Source: an uncultured Candidatus Saccharibacteria bacterium
GTDB lineage: Bacteria; Patescibacteriota; Dojkabacteria; J137
Direction: 5' to 3'
DNA length: 64,000 bases
Assembly (NCBI GenBank): GCA_965230975.1
Contig: OZ246402.1
Coordinates: 165,771-229,770 of the forward strand
The notes below the pieces were generated by a model. It saw nothing but the letters and a program-made list of their open reading frames with translations, had not been told where the DNA came from and searched no databases. Shown in pieces: positions 1-10,274 of this stretch (the first letter of the stretch is position 1; every line of letters starts with the position of its first letter). The translations under genes and the position numbers were made by a program.

Positions 1-464
1 TTCCCGTTTTCTCTTGGTAAAAATCCTAAAAATATAAAACTATCAGTTGGAAGGCCCGAAATAACTAAGGCTGTATCTACGGCTGTGGCACTAGGAATTA
101 CATCTATCTCTACTTTATTTGCATGCAAATCCCTAATTAGTTTAAACCCTGGGTCTGAGATTGCCGGCATTCCTGCGTCGCTAACTAAAATAATATTTTT
201 ACCCTCTTGAATAAATCTTAAAATTTCAGGTAGGGATCTATCGTGATTTTGATCTCTGTAAGAAAATATTTTTTGCTCGCGATTGAGGTCTAATTGCAAA
301 CTTGTAATTATTGAATCAAACCTCTCTTTTAAAATTGATTTTATTTTAAAAACGTTTCTTGTATCTTCTGCCAATATAATATCTGCCTCAAACAGGGCCT
401 TTAATTGCCTAATAGATATATCTTCAATGTTGCCAAGTGGAAGCCCCACTACTGTTAATTTCAT
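1..464 (-). CDS. rsmI: 16S rRNA (cytidine1402-2'-O)-methyltransferase RsmI, N-terminal part; gene runs off the window start
   Basis: Reverse-strand translation from the ATG at 462-464 gives MKLTVVGLPLGNIEDISIRQLKALFEADIILAEDTRNV...VSDAGMPAISDPGF. This is the tetrapyrrole-methylase-fold RsmI signature. The ORF track missed it because it is open to the window edge. It overlaps the stop of the downstream gene by 4 nt (ATGA). Confidence 0.8.
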   Translation of the reverse strand, partial: MKLTVVGLPLGNIEDISIRQLKALFEADIILAEDTRNVFKIKSILKERFDSIITSLQLDLNREQKIFSYRDQNHDRSLPEILRFIQEGKNIILVSDAGMPAISDPGFKLIRDLHANKVEIDVIPSATAVDTALVISGLPTDSFIFLGFLPRENG

Positions 465-907
465 AGTGAAAACTCACTTTCTTTTATCTTCATACTATTG
501 TTGAAGTATTTAATATATTTTGGAGTTATTTTATAAAATGCGCTTGTAAAAGCTATTTGTAAAATCTCTTTTGGGTCTAATTTGGTAGTTGGAAATTTGT
601 TTTTGAAAATACGATACGCTTCTTTAATTTCTAGGGGATTACTTACTATCTTGCAAGTTCCTGAAATTTGTACTCCAACCTTTACTGCCTCAGGGTCGCT
701 ATTATGGTCATAAATAGCTACGGAGACATTCGGATTTATATTTATTATTTGCGAATGCTTTGAATCTTTTTTTGAGATAAAGTAAAGATTTAAATTTTCA
801 TCTTCTGCGAAATTTAAAGTAGACACCCAAGGAATGTTGTTTTGAGATACAGATAAAACTAATACATTTTTATTCTTAAAAAAGAAAGAAAGATCTTCTT
901 TGGTCAT
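461..907 (-). CDS. pyridoxamine 5'-phosphate oxidase-like FMN-binding split-barrel family protein (general stress protein 26-like)
   Basis: 148 aa. Size and composition resemble PNPOx/GSP26-like small FMN-binding proteins. Similarity judged by eye only. Confidence 0.45.
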   Translation of the reverse strand: MTKEDLSFFFKNKNVLVLSVSQNNIPWVSTLNFAEDENLNLYFISKKDSKHSQIININPNVSVAIYDHNSDPEAVKVGVQISGTCKIVSNPLEIKEAYRIFKNKFPTTKLDPKEILQIAFTSAFYKITPKYIKYFNNSMKIKESEFSL

Positions 908-920
908 AGATTATTATATA

Positions 921-2153
921 TTACTTTGAAGTAACTTCGCCTACCATCTTTAAATAAGATGGCATAACTCCGTCCCAGGTAAAGTTAACTGATCGTTTTA
1001 AGTTTTCTTCTCTTATTTTTTGTCTTAAATCGTATTTTGTAATTAATTTAAACAAAATATCTTCTAGAGCGTCTACATCTGCAAAGTTATAACTATAGCC
1101 TGTAACTCCCTCTTCTATTATTAAATCAAGGGCATCATTTTGTTTTGTAGATATTACAACATTACCTTTTGCCATAGCCTCTAGCAATACTATTCCAGTT
1201 CCTTCCCATTTGCTAGGTAGCACATTAATTTGAGATTCTTCGTAAAGAATTCTATCTCTTTCTTCGTCAGATGGAGAATATATTAATTCCGCAGTATCAT
1301 GAGCCTCTAGTTTTTCAATTAAGTCTTTAAGCTTTTCTGTGTAATTCCCTGCTCTACCCAAAATTTTAACCTCAAAGTCTGGAGTTATTTGAGGATTTTC
1401 CTCTTTAAACTTTTTATATTTATTACTCTTCTTTAATGAGTCTGCGGCAGAAATTAAATCTTGGGCACCTTTATACCACTCCATTCTTCCAATAAACGTG
1501 ATTACAATCTTGTCTAAAACAGAATGTGGGTAAACTTCTTTTTCAATCATGCTGGAGTCAATTCCATTTGGAACCAAGAAGATTTTGTTCAAATCAAAAT
1601 TGTATTCAAATGTCATCCACTTGGATTGTTCAGATGTTACCTGCACAACACCATCGTATAAGTTGTTTAAGTAAAGTCTTAAAAACAAGGTTCCATATTT
1701 TTTTGCCATTCCTCTGATTCCAGATTTATCATTTAATGCCATGAATGGACCATGAAGTGTAACTATGGATTTTGTTTTTCTAAACCTAAATAATTTTGTG
1801 AATAATAAACACATCTCTCTCCAAAAGAAGCCAATTCCATGAGAATGAATTAAATCAAATTTGTTTGTAAGCAAATATTTTAATAATCCGGGGTAAAAAC
1901 CTGCATATAAGGCATCACTCCATGCATGAATTCTAACAACCTTCATACCATCTACCATCTCTTCTTTGGGAAGCTGTTCGTTTCTGTATTTAACATCTGT
2001 TGTGATAATTGTAACTTCGTGGCCAAGCTTGGCCATTCTGCTTGCAATTGCATAGCAATTGATCTCTGTTCCACCTTTAAAAGGGTAAAAACGAGGAATC
2101 ACATAAGCTATTTTTAGTTTCTTATCTTCTAACATGTAATTGATTATACTCAA
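921..2153 (-). CDS. glycosyltransferase, GT4 family (GT-B fold)
   Basis: N-terminal KIAYVIPRFYPFKGGTEINCYAIASRMAKLGHEVTIITT matches the Glyco_trans_4-like N-terminus. C-terminal EGTGIVLLEAMAKGNVVIST matches the Glycos_transf_1 E-x7-E region. Confidence 0.8.
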   Translation of the reverse strand: MSIINYMLEDKKLKIAYVIPRFYPFKGGTEINCYAIASRMAKLGHEVTIITTDVKYRNEQLPKEEMVDGMKVVRIHAWSDALYAGFYPGLLKYLLTNKFDLIHSHGIGFFWREMCLLFTKLFRFRKTKSIVTLHGPFMALNDKSGIRGMAKKYGTLFLRLYLNNLYDGVVQVTSEQSKWMTFEYNFDLNKIFLVPNGIDSSMIEKEVYPHSVLDKIVITFIGRMEWYKGAQDLISAADSLKKSNKYKKFKEENPQITPDFEVKILGRAGNYTEKLKDLIEKLEAHDTAELIYSPSDEERDRILYEESQINVLPSKWEGTGIVLLEAMAKGNVVISTKQNDALDLIIEEGVTGYSYNFADVDALEDILFKLITKYDLRQKIREENLKRSVNFTWDGVMPSYLKMVGEVTSK

Positions 2154-2177
2154 AAATGAATATAATTGAAAATTTAG

Positions 2178-4766
2178 TTAATTTGCAAAATCAATCTTGT
2201 TTCTAAATTTAATAATCTCTTCAAGTATTGGGAAAAACAAAGAGCTTACAAAAATCGTTGCCAGCAGTTCTAAAGGCAATATTACCATCTTAAAGAAATC
2301 TCCAAATACATAAACAATAACTCCCCATGCTATAAGTGCAAAAATGGCAGATATTAAATTAAATTTATTACTAAAAATTCCGTATGAGAATACAGATTCT
2401 TTAAAGCTTCTTGCTGTAATAACTCTAAACATGTTGTGAAATATGTATGCGGTAAAAGTTGCTGTTTGTGCAAAAACGACCCCGTTTGGTAGTGTTAAAT
2501 AAAAAACAGCAAACAGATAAATGCTTGTAAAAAAACCTTGAATAAATATGCTTCTCCACATCATTTTGTTAATAATACCCTCGCTCTTTTTTCGGGGTTT
2601 TTCACTTAAAATATCCGCCGGTTCCTTTTCAATTGCCATTGACATTGCAGGTGCTGCATCTGTAAGCAGGTTAATTAAAAGTAACCCAATTGGTGTAAGA
2701 GGAACCGGTGTTCCAGTAGCAAAACTTAAAAGAAAAACCCCAACTTGGCAAATGTTTCCGCTTAATAAAAAATGAAGGTATAGTCTTGTTCTATAAATTA
2801 TTACCCTACCAACTTTTACCGCATTCCCTAAAGCGCTGTAATCTCCGGTTACAACTACATCTGCCGCATCTTTAACAATATCCGTGGCGTTAACGACCGC
2901 AATGCCAACGTCTGACTTAGAAATCGCTACGGCGTCGTTAACGCCATCTCCAGCCATAGCAATGCTTTTGTTTCCTTCTTGAAATATATCAATTAGCATG
3001 TTTTTGTGTTGTGGGGTAACTCTTGCAAAAACTGAACAATTTACAATATCTTGCAAATTTAAGTCACCTTTTTTATTTATGTAATTTTCTAACTCTTCTC
3101 CAGTTATAACTCTTTGTGTTGTGTCATTTATAATCCCGGCTTGTTTGGCGATTGTTCTTGCAATTTCTTTATGGTCGCCGGTTATCATAATTGGTCTTAT
3201 TCCCGATCTTATTAGATTTTGAACTGTATCAAATACTTCATCACGAATAGGATCTATTAATGCTATTAATGCAACAAATACCAGTTTGGATTCATCTATG
3301 TCTCTAACTCCAGGTTTGTGATTTTCACTAAATTCTCTTACAGCTAAAGACAACACTCTGTAACCTTGAGATGCTAATTCTTCAAATTGATTTAATATTA
3401 CCCCTTGGTATTGTTGGGTTAAGTTTTTTATTTTGTGATCTATAGGGTCAAGATATTCTGTGCATAAAGGAATCATTAAATCTGGTGCACCTTTTGAGTA
3501 ACCAACAAGTTTAGATCCTTTTTTATTAATTACCATCATTCTTTTTACACTACTAGAAAACCTATGTTCGTGAACTCTATCTCCAATATCGAACTCAAAC
3601 TCTTTTGATTTTAAAAACTTAATTAAAGCATCTTCTGTGGCACCTTTTTGGTTATTACAATAGTTTATAATTTCTAAAACTTTCTGCTCTGTTTTGTTAT
3701 TAGGATTAAAATCGTTTGCTTTAATTTCTTTTCCAAACACCCAGATTTTTGATAGTGTCATTTTGCCCGTAGTGATAGTACCGGTTTTGTCAGTAGCCAA
3801 AACAGATACTGACCCTAGACCTTCTGCTGCTATTAATCTTTTTATTATTACATTCTGTCTAACCATTTCTCTAACTCCAATTGCCAATGTGACAGTCATT
3901 ACAGCACTTAAGCCTTCTGGTACAAATGCGATTGCCAAAGAAAGTGATTGAATCAAAGACTCTGTGATTGTTTGCCCTCTAATTACTCCAAAAACTAAAA
4001 CCAAAAAGCTTACCCCTAGAGTTAAAAACAATATTATTTTGCTCAACTTTTCAAGTTGATGTTGCAAAGGTGTTTGTTTATTTTCAGATTCTGCAAGCTT
4101 TTCTGCAATTCTCCCAAGCTCTGTTCTTTGTGCTGTATTTACTACCACTGCTTTGCCGTTTCCTTCAACAACAAATGTACCGCTAAAAACCATGTTTTTT
4201 TGATCTCCAATAGATAGGTTTTCCTCTTTTAAAACTGCTATATCTTTTGAAACAGAAACGGATTCTCCGGTTAGAATACTTTCATCTGTTTGCAGTTCGT
4301 TTTCTTCTACTACTCTTGCATCTGCCGGGATTTTGTCTCCCTCATGCAAATAGATTAAATCACCTGGAACTATTTGAGATATATCTACAACTATTTTCTT
4401 TCCTTCTCTTATTACGGTAGCTTCCAGCGAGGTTAGTTTTTTTAATTTTTCTAAAGCATTACCGGCTGTGTTTTCTAACACAACACCAATCAAAGACATA
4501 AATAATACTATTGAGATTATTAAAATGGATTCGATTGTTTCTCCGGTTAAGCCTGCAATTATTGCTGTCCCAATAAGTAATAAAACGATTGGATTTTTTA
4601 TTTGGTCTATAAAAAGTTTAAAAATTCCATCTCTCTCTTTAATCTCTATCTTATTTTCTCCATATTCTTTTAATCTTAAGCTAGCTTCTTGATTGGTTAA
4701 TCCATTCTCTAAATCAGTCTTTAAACTTGTAGCGATTTCTTGAGGTGATAGGTTGAATCCGGTCAT
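2178..4766 (-). CDS. cation-transporting P-type ATPase (type IIA Ca2+/Mg2+-like)
   Basis: 862 aa. Phosphorylation motif DKTGTITTG, TGDHKEIA, hinge MAGDGVNDAVA, and multiple transmembrane segments at both ends. Confidence 0.9.
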   Translation of the reverse strand: MTGFNLSPQEIATSLKTDLENGLTNQEASLRLKEYGENKIEIKERDGIFKLFIDQIKNPIVLLLIGTAIIAGLTGETIESILIISIVLFMSLIGVVLENTAGNALEKLKKLTSLEATVIREGKKIVVDISQIVPGDLIYLHEGDKIPADARVVEENELQTDESILTGESVSVSKDIAVLKEENLSIGDQKNMVFSGTFVVEGNGKAVVVNTAQRTELGRIAEKLAESENKQTPLQHQLEKLSKIILFLTLGVSFLVLVFGVIRGQTITESLIQSLSLAIAFVPEGLSAVMTVTLAIGVREMVRQNVIIKRLIAAEGLGSVSVLATDKTGTITTGKMTLSKIWVFGKEIKANDFNPNNKTEQKVLEIINYCNNQKGATEDALIKFLKSKEFEFDIGDRVHEHRFSSSVKRMMVINKKGSKLVGYSKGAPDLMIPLCTEYLDPIDHKIKNLTQQYQGVILNQFEELASQGYRVLSLAVREFSENHKPGVRDIDESKLVFVALIALIDPIRDEVFDTVQNLIRSGIRPIMITGDHKEIARTIAKQAGIINDTTQRVITGEELENYINKKGDLNLQDIVNCSVFARVTPQHKNMLIDIFQEGNKSIAMAGDGVNDAVAISKSDVGIAVVNATDIVKDAADVVVTGDYSALGNAVKVGRVIIYRTRLYLHFLLSGNICQVGVFLLSFATGTPVPLTPIGLLLINLLTDAAPAMSMAIEKEPADILSEKPRKKSEGIINKMMWRSIFIQGFFTSIYLFAVFYLTLPNGVVFAQTATFTAYIFHNMFRVITARSFKESVFSYGIFSNKFNLISAIFALIAWGVIVYVFGDFFKMVILPLELLATIFVSSLFFPILEEIIKFRNKIDFAN

Positions 4767-5605
4767 GTTTGTAAATACTTAATAAAAAAGTTGTAAATGT
4801 CTATAACGTTAGAAGGTTGGTTTTGTAAACCTCTCTTTCCTTCGGGAGATAAAAATGGTGAATCTGTTTCAAAATAGATCCCCTTTTTGTAAAAATCGAT
4901 AGGGCTGTAGTCAAAAGATACTTTGCCTAAAATTTGTTTATAAACTTCTCTTAGTTGGCTTGCATTTTTAAAGGTCACTATACCATTTACCCCCAGGCTC
5001 CAACCCGAATCTAAAATTGCTTTTGCAGTATTATAATCTCCGGTATAAGAATGAAAAATTCCTTTGCAGTTATAGCTTTTTACAATTTCTAAGCACTCTT
5101 TTTCTGCCCACCTAGAGTGAATAGAAAGTGGCATATTATATTCTTGAGCTAGTCCTAGGTGTTTATTAAAAAGTACTCTTTGAAGGTGTTTGCTTCTCTC
5201 TTTTGTTTGGCTATCTAACTCACTTTGTTCAAAGTGATAGTAATCCATTCCGGTTTCCCCAATGCCATAAACCAATTCTTTATTTAAATCGATTAATTCT
5301 TTCAACTTTTGTATTTGATCTTCTACCCACTCCTCTTTATTTTCTAAACCAACAAATAAAGTTGATCCAGGTTCAAAAACTTCGGGGTCAATCCCAACAA
5401 ATGCTTTTAAATAGCTATTTGAGGATTTTGCCTGTTGAATCACTTTGATAGACGAATCTAAATCTATGCCCATGTTTAAAACTTCACTCAAACCAACTTT
5501 TTTAGCGTTTTCGATTGAATTAGTCATGTCACTGTCTGAAAAGTATGCTAAATGGGCATGTGAATCAAAGAGGGTATGTATTTTTAGGGTCTCAAAAAGT
5601 GTCAT
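4763..5605 (-). CDS. TatD-family metal-dependent hydrolase/DNase
   Basis: FDSHAHL (HxH), GIGETGMDYY, LSIHSRWAE, GIFHSYTGD and YFETDSPF match the conserved TatD motif series. 4-nt overlap with the upstream ATPase gene. Confidence 0.75.
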   Translation of the reverse strand: MTLFETLKIHTLFDSHAHLAYFSDSDMTNSIENAKKVGLSEVLNMGIDLDSSIKVIQQAKSSNSYLKAFVGIDPEVFEPGSTLFVGLENKEEWVEDQIQKLKELIDLNKELVYGIGETGMDYYHFEQSELDSQTKERSKHLQRVLFNKHLGLAQEYNMPLSIHSRWAEKECLEIVKSYNCKGIFHSYTGDYNTAKAILDSGWSLGVNGIVTFKNASQLREVYKQILGKVSFDYSPIDFYKKGIYFETDSPFLSPEGKRGLQNQPSNVIDIYNFFIKYLQT

Positions 5606-5652
5606 TTTGAAATTATATCTTAAAAATATATTCTCATGTTTAATTAATGCAC

Positions 5653-5681
5653 TTAACTTGCCCTTTTTATTTTAGTATAAT
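5653..5681 (+). promoter_or_regulatory. putative sigma70-like promoter for rpsT (TTAACT -35, 17-nt spacer, TATAAT -10)
   Basis: TTAACT at 5653-5658 and TATAAT at 5676-5681, about 100 nt upstream of the rpsT start. Sequence-only call. Confidence 0.3.
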
Positions 5682-5782
5682 AAAGTTTGAGTTTAGTAAA
5701 ACCCAAAGTGGTCATTGAATAAAGCGCTTTGCTCTGGTAAAATCAGGGCACTCAGAACAATATTAATTTAGTACAAAAAGAA

Positions 5783-6046
5783 ATGGCAAATACAAGTTCC
5801 GCTAAAAAAGCAATTAGAGTAGCAGCAAGAAAAACTGTAATTAACTTAAGACACAAAAGATCTTATAAAGAAGCAAGAAAAGCAGTCTTAGATGCAGTTG
5901 TAGCTAAAGATAAAAAAGAAGCTACTTCTCTTTTACCAAAAGCATATAAAGAAATAGATAAAGCTGCAAAAACCAAAGTTATTCATAAAAATACAGCTGC
6001 AAGGTATAAATCAGGCCTTACAAAAAGAGTAAATGCATTAGCTTAA
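5783..6046 (+). CDS. rpsT: 30S ribosomal protein bS20
   Basis: MANTSSAKKAIRVAARKTVINLRHKRSYKEARKAV... is a typical bS20 N-terminus. 87 aa. Confidence 0.9.
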   Translation: MANTSSAKKAIRVAARKTVINLRHKRSYKEARKAVLDAVVAKDKKEATSLLPKAYKEIDKAAKTKVIHKNTAARYKSGLTKRVNALA

Positions 6047-6059
6047 TGCATAATTTTTT

Positions 6060-6611
6060 ATGTCAAAATCTTTTATAAAACTTTTAGACAATGCATTGCT
6101 ACCTGCTAGCTTAATGCTTGTATCTAAGTTTGTTGGCATATTCTTTATCATCAGATTTTTCAATTTAGATTGGGTAGTTCAGCAAACTCCTAATAACTTT
6201 TTATCATTTCAAACAGTATTGTCTGCTCAAAATGTAGTTTTAGTTACTTCGTACTCAGATTTAATTATGTTTTGTGCAATTGCCTTGGGTTTTACTATTA
6301 ATTTGTTAAAGGCAATTTTTTTGCATAATTCTCACATTAGTCCTCAAATGCTTAATAGGCTTGCCAATAGAAATCTGCTATCGTTAATTAAAAATTCATA
6401 TGAGATTTACCACTCTGCTTCGGTTTGGTTGTTCTTTTTGTGGGTTGCTGTAGCTATTGTTATTACAAATACTTTAAATAATGCAATTTATAGTTGGGTT
6501 GGTTTGGCTACTTTGCTTGTTAGTATTTTGTTAACGATTGTATTCTTTCAAGATGTTTATAAGGAAATTGAAAACGCAAGACTTCACCCAGGAAAATATT
6601 TAAATCAATGA
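6060..6611 (+). CDS. hypothetical integral membrane protein
   Basis: 183 aa with about 5 hydrophobic helices. No recognisable motif. Confidence 0.4.
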   Translation: MSKSFIKLLDNALLPASLMLVSKFVGIFFIIRFFNLDWVVQQTPNNFLSFQTVLSAQNVVLVTSYSDLIMFCAIALGFTINLLKAIFLHNSHISPQMLNRLANRNLLSLIKNSYEIYHSASVWLFFLWVAVAIVITNTLNNAIYSWVGLATLLVSILLTIVFFQDVYKEIENARLHPGKYLNQ

Positions 6612-6967
6612 GTTCGCAAACTCCCTTATTAGAGACCTCTTCTCATCACGCAAGGTTTGTTATTTCTAATCAAGATAAGTATTTTTTTGCTGCTTATTGG
6701 CATTTAATGGATTTGGTAGAGATAGGTAATATGGATTTAATAACGAATGCATTAAAAGAGATTAATAAATCTATTGAAAGTGTTGGAGTGCTAAGTTTAG
6801 ATTCTTCTTCTATAAAATGGATGGAGTATATTTTAAGTTTTATAGGTGGTTTTGCACAGGATTTAAATTCCAGATATTTTTTGTCTCAAAAAGCAGATTT
6901 GATGGCGCAATTAGAGATGTTAGAATTGCTATATAAGCTTGCTAGTAAATCTTTCACAGAAATTTAG
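6608..6967 (+). CDS. hypothetical protein
   Basis: 119-aa ORF, 4-nt overlap with the upstream gene (operon-like). No recognised motif. Confidence 0.35.
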   Translation: MSSQTPLLETSSHHARFVISNQDKYFFAAYWHLMDLVEIGNMDLITNALKEINKSIESVGVLSLDSSSIKWMEYILSFIGGFAQDLNSRYFLSQKADLMAQLEMLELLYKLASKSFTEI

Positions 6968-7003
6968 ATATTTCATTCTAATCTTGTTCTAGTTTGCGAA
7001 ATA

Positions 7004-7480
7004 ATGTATGCTAGAAGCATGATAGCTTTAATACGAGATTTACCGTTACCAGAACTTTTAGGTATTGATGATTTACCTAAAGAAGATTTAGACTCAGTTA
7101 TGGGTGAGTTTGGAGAGATTTTAGTAGAGCTTTTGTTAAATAGGCTTGAAGAAAATCCTTTATGGTCTGATGAGCAAAAGAAAGATGCTAGTGATTTTAT
7201 TAATGCAAATATTGGTAAAGATAATTTTTTTGATTTGTTAAAGCAAAAATACCCAGATTTAGATTCTATGTTTGATAGTGAAACTTACATGTTTAAAAAG
7301 AACGTATTGTTAGAGCAAATAGAACAAGATAAGGATTTTGAGTTTGATAATTTAACAGAAGAAGATAAATCAGATTGGTTAGATATTTTAAATAATTTGA
7401 AAGATGTAATTGAAAAGGATAACGAATACGAATTTGAAGTTTCGTGGATGGAATATTTAGATTTTAAGAGTAATAAGTAA
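7004..7480 (+). CDS. hypothetical acidic protein
   Basis: 158 aa, strongly D/E-rich. No recognised motif. Confidence 0.4.
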   Translation: MYARSMIALIRDLPLPELLGIDDLPKEDLDSVMGEFGEILVELLLNRLEENPLWSDEQKKDASDFINANIGKDNFFDLLKQKYPDLDSMFDSETYMFKKNVLLEQIEQDKDFEFDNLTEEDKSDWLDILNNLKDVIEKDNEYEFEVSWMEYLDFKSNK

Positions 7481-7481
7481 G

Positions 7482-8666
7482 ATGGATAATGGAGCTTTAG
7501 ATACAACTAATCCTAGTGAAAATACAAGGCCAACTCGGCCATTAGTTGAAACACTTGCAGAAGCTACTATTCCTAATGATGAGTTTCCATTCCCTTTCGA
7601 CGAGGAAAATATTCCAGCACAGCCCATATCTAGTCAGGTTGAGGAAGCTCCCAATAATGTAAAGACGAAGGTAAGGCGGTTAGATTCATTTATGCTGAGA
7701 GTAGATAAAATGGCTAATAAAGTAAACAGAAGAATAGATCAGGTACAAAAAGCAAGATATGAGCGTATGCTACGAAATGCAAGGAATAGACTTAGCGATG
7801 ATAGGGCTGGACAAGAAAGACGCATGGAGTCAAGATTTATAGGTAGATTTACATCTGCAAATCGGAAAATGGATGCGGACTTAAAGTTGGCAAATAAAGA
7901 AATGAGGAAAGTGGAAAAATCCGCAATTAGAACTGGTGATGCTTTAAACCGAAAGGTTGGGGAATACAATAGTAGAATGCCACAAAATCTTCAGCCTTTA
8001 ACAATTATTGAGCCTGGCGAACCAGAAGCTATTAGGAACTCAAAGTTACAAAATATATTGAATACGGCTGAACAATTACACGGGTTTGATGATATTACAG
8101 CAACAGAATTGACTAACCTTGTTAATGATTTAAAGGCACAAACTTATGCCTATGGTGTGGCAAGAGATAAACGAGATAGAGCTTATGAACCACATAGATA
8201 CTTGGGAACCAATAACTCAAGAAGACAGCAGGATAGAATAATTGAATCTGATCAAAACATCTCCAGCGCACAGAGAAATCTAGACTTTTATGATAGAAAA
8301 GAGCAAGCACTTGAACAAAGGATGGGAGGATTAAATACTTCCTTGGAGCCTGCGGTTGGTAGAAGGGTTGCAAGTCAGCCGGAATATGTAGGAGAGGCAA
8401 CTGTGACTTCACTTCCAGTGACCCGGGAAGCTGGTAGTGCGAAGCCTGATACTGTACAAGAAATCCCCCCGTCCGATTTATCCCCCCGCTCAATCGAGAT
8501 ATTGGATATCTATTCTAGAGTAGTGCCTTTTTTACAAAAGGGCATACCTCAGGACATAGCCATAGAAATGGCTATAAAAAAAATACCATCTGACCAAGCA
8601 GATCTGATTAAAGCTATCGTAGAGGTGTTAAAAGCAAGTGGTTCCAATATCACAAATGCAAATTAA
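7482..8666 (+). CDS. hypothetical protein with R/K-rich coiled-coil-like central region
   Basis: 394 aa. Starts 2 nt after the previous stop. Local GC is visibly higher than the surroundings. No recognised catalytic motif. Confidence 0.4.
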   Translation: MDNGALDTTNPSENTRPTRPLVETLAEATIPNDEFPFPFDEENIPAQPISSQVEEAPNNVKTKVRRLDSFMLRVDKMANKVNRRIDQVQKARYERMLRNARNRLSDDRAGQERRMESRFIGRFTSANRKMDADLKLANKEMRKVEKSAIRTGDALNRKVGEYNSRMPQNLQPLTIIEPGEPEAIRNSKLQNILNTAEQLHGFDDITATELTNLVNDLKAQTYAYGVARDKRDRAYEPHRYLGTNNSRRQQDRIIESDQNISSAQRNLDFYDRKEQALEQRMGGLNTSLEPAVGRRVASQPEYVGEATVTSLPVTREAGSAKPDTVQEIPPSDLSPRSIEILDIYSRVVPFLQKGIPQDIAIEMAIKKIPSDQADLIKAIVEVLKASGSNITNAN

Positions 8667-8799
8667 TATTATATAATCACTCCAAATGACAAACTTTAAC
8701 ACTACTCTATTCACAACCATCTACTTCTATTGACGCCAGTTATCTGGTCGCGTTTCTCTTTTTGTGCTGATATAATTACATAATTCTTAATACACATTT

Positions 8800-10269
8800 A
8801 TGACTCTTACTAAAGAAAAAGTTTTAGAACTTTTATCAAATATTAAAATTGCTAAAGTAGTTTCGTTTTTTAAAAATGAAAACTCTGACCATCTGTTGGT
8901 GGTTAAAATCCTTACTGAAGAAGGTGAGAAACAGATTGTTACTGGCGCAGACAATTTTAAAGAAGGAGATTTAGTTCCATACCTTGGTGTTGGTTTTGTT
9001 GTTCCAGGTTTTTTATTTAAAGGTGATGAGGTTACTTTAGAAGCTAGAAAACTTAGAGGTTACGATTCTTTTGGTATGATTTTAGCAGAAGATGAAATTG
9101 GTTTAAGTGAAGATCACGAAGGTATTATGGTTGTTCAAGGTTCAGATGAATTGATTGGCAAATCAATAATAGATGTTTTAACTGAAGATCAAATTGCAAA
9201 TGTATTAAAAAATGCTGGAGTTGTAGAACTGACACCAGAGATCAAATCAAAAGTGGATTTAATAACAAGAGAATTACAAGAATTCGTAGGTGTAGAAGAT
9301 ATGCCAGCAATTTTAGCAGAAAGATCTTTAAAGATTTACTGGGGAACTGCACCTACTGGAAAGCCCCACTTAGCATATTTTGTACCAATGATGAAAATAG
9401 CAGACTTATTGCAAGCGGGTTGTGAAGTCACAATTCTTTTTGCAAATATACATGCATTTTTAGATAACATGAAATCAACATGGGAGCTATTAGAATACAG
9501 AACTCAATACTACCAATTAATAATTACAGAGATATTAAAAACAGTTAACGTACCAGTAGATAAACTGAAATTTGTTGTAGGAAGGGATTATCAATTAAAA
9601 GAAGATTACACCTTAGATGTATATAAAGTTGCAGCATTAGCATCTTTAAGGGATGTGCAAAAAGCAGGTGCAGAAGTAGTAAAACAGGTAGAAAGCCCGT
9701 TATTAAGTGGAATGCTTTACCCTATCTTGCAAGCTTTAGATGAAGAATATCTTGAAGCTGATGCTCAGCTTGGAGGTGAAGATCAACGAAAAATATTTAT
9801 GTTTGCAAGAGAATACCTTCCAAAGATAGGTTACAAAAAAAGAATACATTTAATGAACTACTTAATTCCAGGGTTAGGCAAATCAGGCAAAATGTCTTCT
9901 AGTGAGCCTAATTCAAAAATTGATCTAGATGATTCAGATGAGATTATCAAGGATAAAATTCAAAAAGCCTACTCTTTAGATAGGCAAGTAGAAGGAAATG
10001 GTTTATTAGCGGTACTAAGATTTATTATCTTTAGGAAGTTAGAGTCACAAGAAAGAAGCTTAAAGATCTCAAGACCTGAAAAATGGGGAGGCGATGTTGA
10101 ATATGCAAATTACAAAGACTTGGAAAATGATTTTGCTGAAGGTAAGTTATCTTCTGTGGATTTGAAACCAATAGTTGCGCAAGAGATAATAAGCTTAATA
10201 AGCGGTATTAGGGAGACAATAAAAAATAATGCTGATTTACTAAACAAGGCTTACCCAAAAAATAATTAA
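8800..10269 (+). CDS. tyrS: tyrosyl-tRNA synthetase, archaeal/eukaryotic type, with an N-terminal EMAP-II/Myf-like tRNA-binding OB domain
   Basis: The core aligns along its length to archaeal TyrRS. PTGKPHLAY is the HIGH-type motif. ANIHAFLDNMKS, DYTLDVYKVAALASLRDVQKAG, YPILQALDEEYLEADAQLGGEDQRKIFMFAREYLPK, KMSSS and RPEKWGGDVEYANYKDLE each match the M. jannaschii TyrRS counterparts. The first ~160 aa (KIAKVVSFFKNENSDHLLVVKI...GDLVPY...RGYDSFGMILAEDEIGL) have the tRNA-binding (Myf/CsaA/EMAP-II) fold signature. Confidence 0.85.
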   Translation: MTLTKEKVLELLSNIKIAKVVSFFKNENSDHLLVVKILTEEGEKQIVTGADNFKEGDLVPYLGVGFVVPGFLFKGDEVTLEARKLRGYDSFGMILAEDEIGLSEDHEGIMVVQGSDELIGKSIIDVLTEDQIANVLKNAGVVELTPEIKSKVDLITRELQEFVGVEDMPAILAERSLKIYWGTAPTGKPHLAYFVPMMKIADLLQAGCEVTILFANIHAFLDNMKSTWELLEYRTQYYQLIITEILKTVNVPVDKLKFVVGRDYQLKEDYTLDVYKVAALASLRDVQKAGAEVVKQVESPLLSGMLYPILQALDEEYLEADAQLGGEDQRKIFMFAREYLPKIGYKKRIHLMNYLIPGLGKSGKMSSSEPNSKIDLDDSDEIIKDKIQKAYSLDRQVEGNGLLAVLRFIIFRKLESQERSLKISRPEKWGGDVEYANYKDLENDFAEGKLSSVDLKPIVAQEIISLISGIRETIKNNADLLNKAYPKNN

Positions 10270-10274
10270 TTATC

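Noticed and set aside
283-504. 73-aa plus-strand ORF in the ORF track
   Set aside because: It lies entirely antisense within the well-supported rsmI coding region, its composition is low-complexity, and it has no motif. Treated as a spurious antisense ORF.
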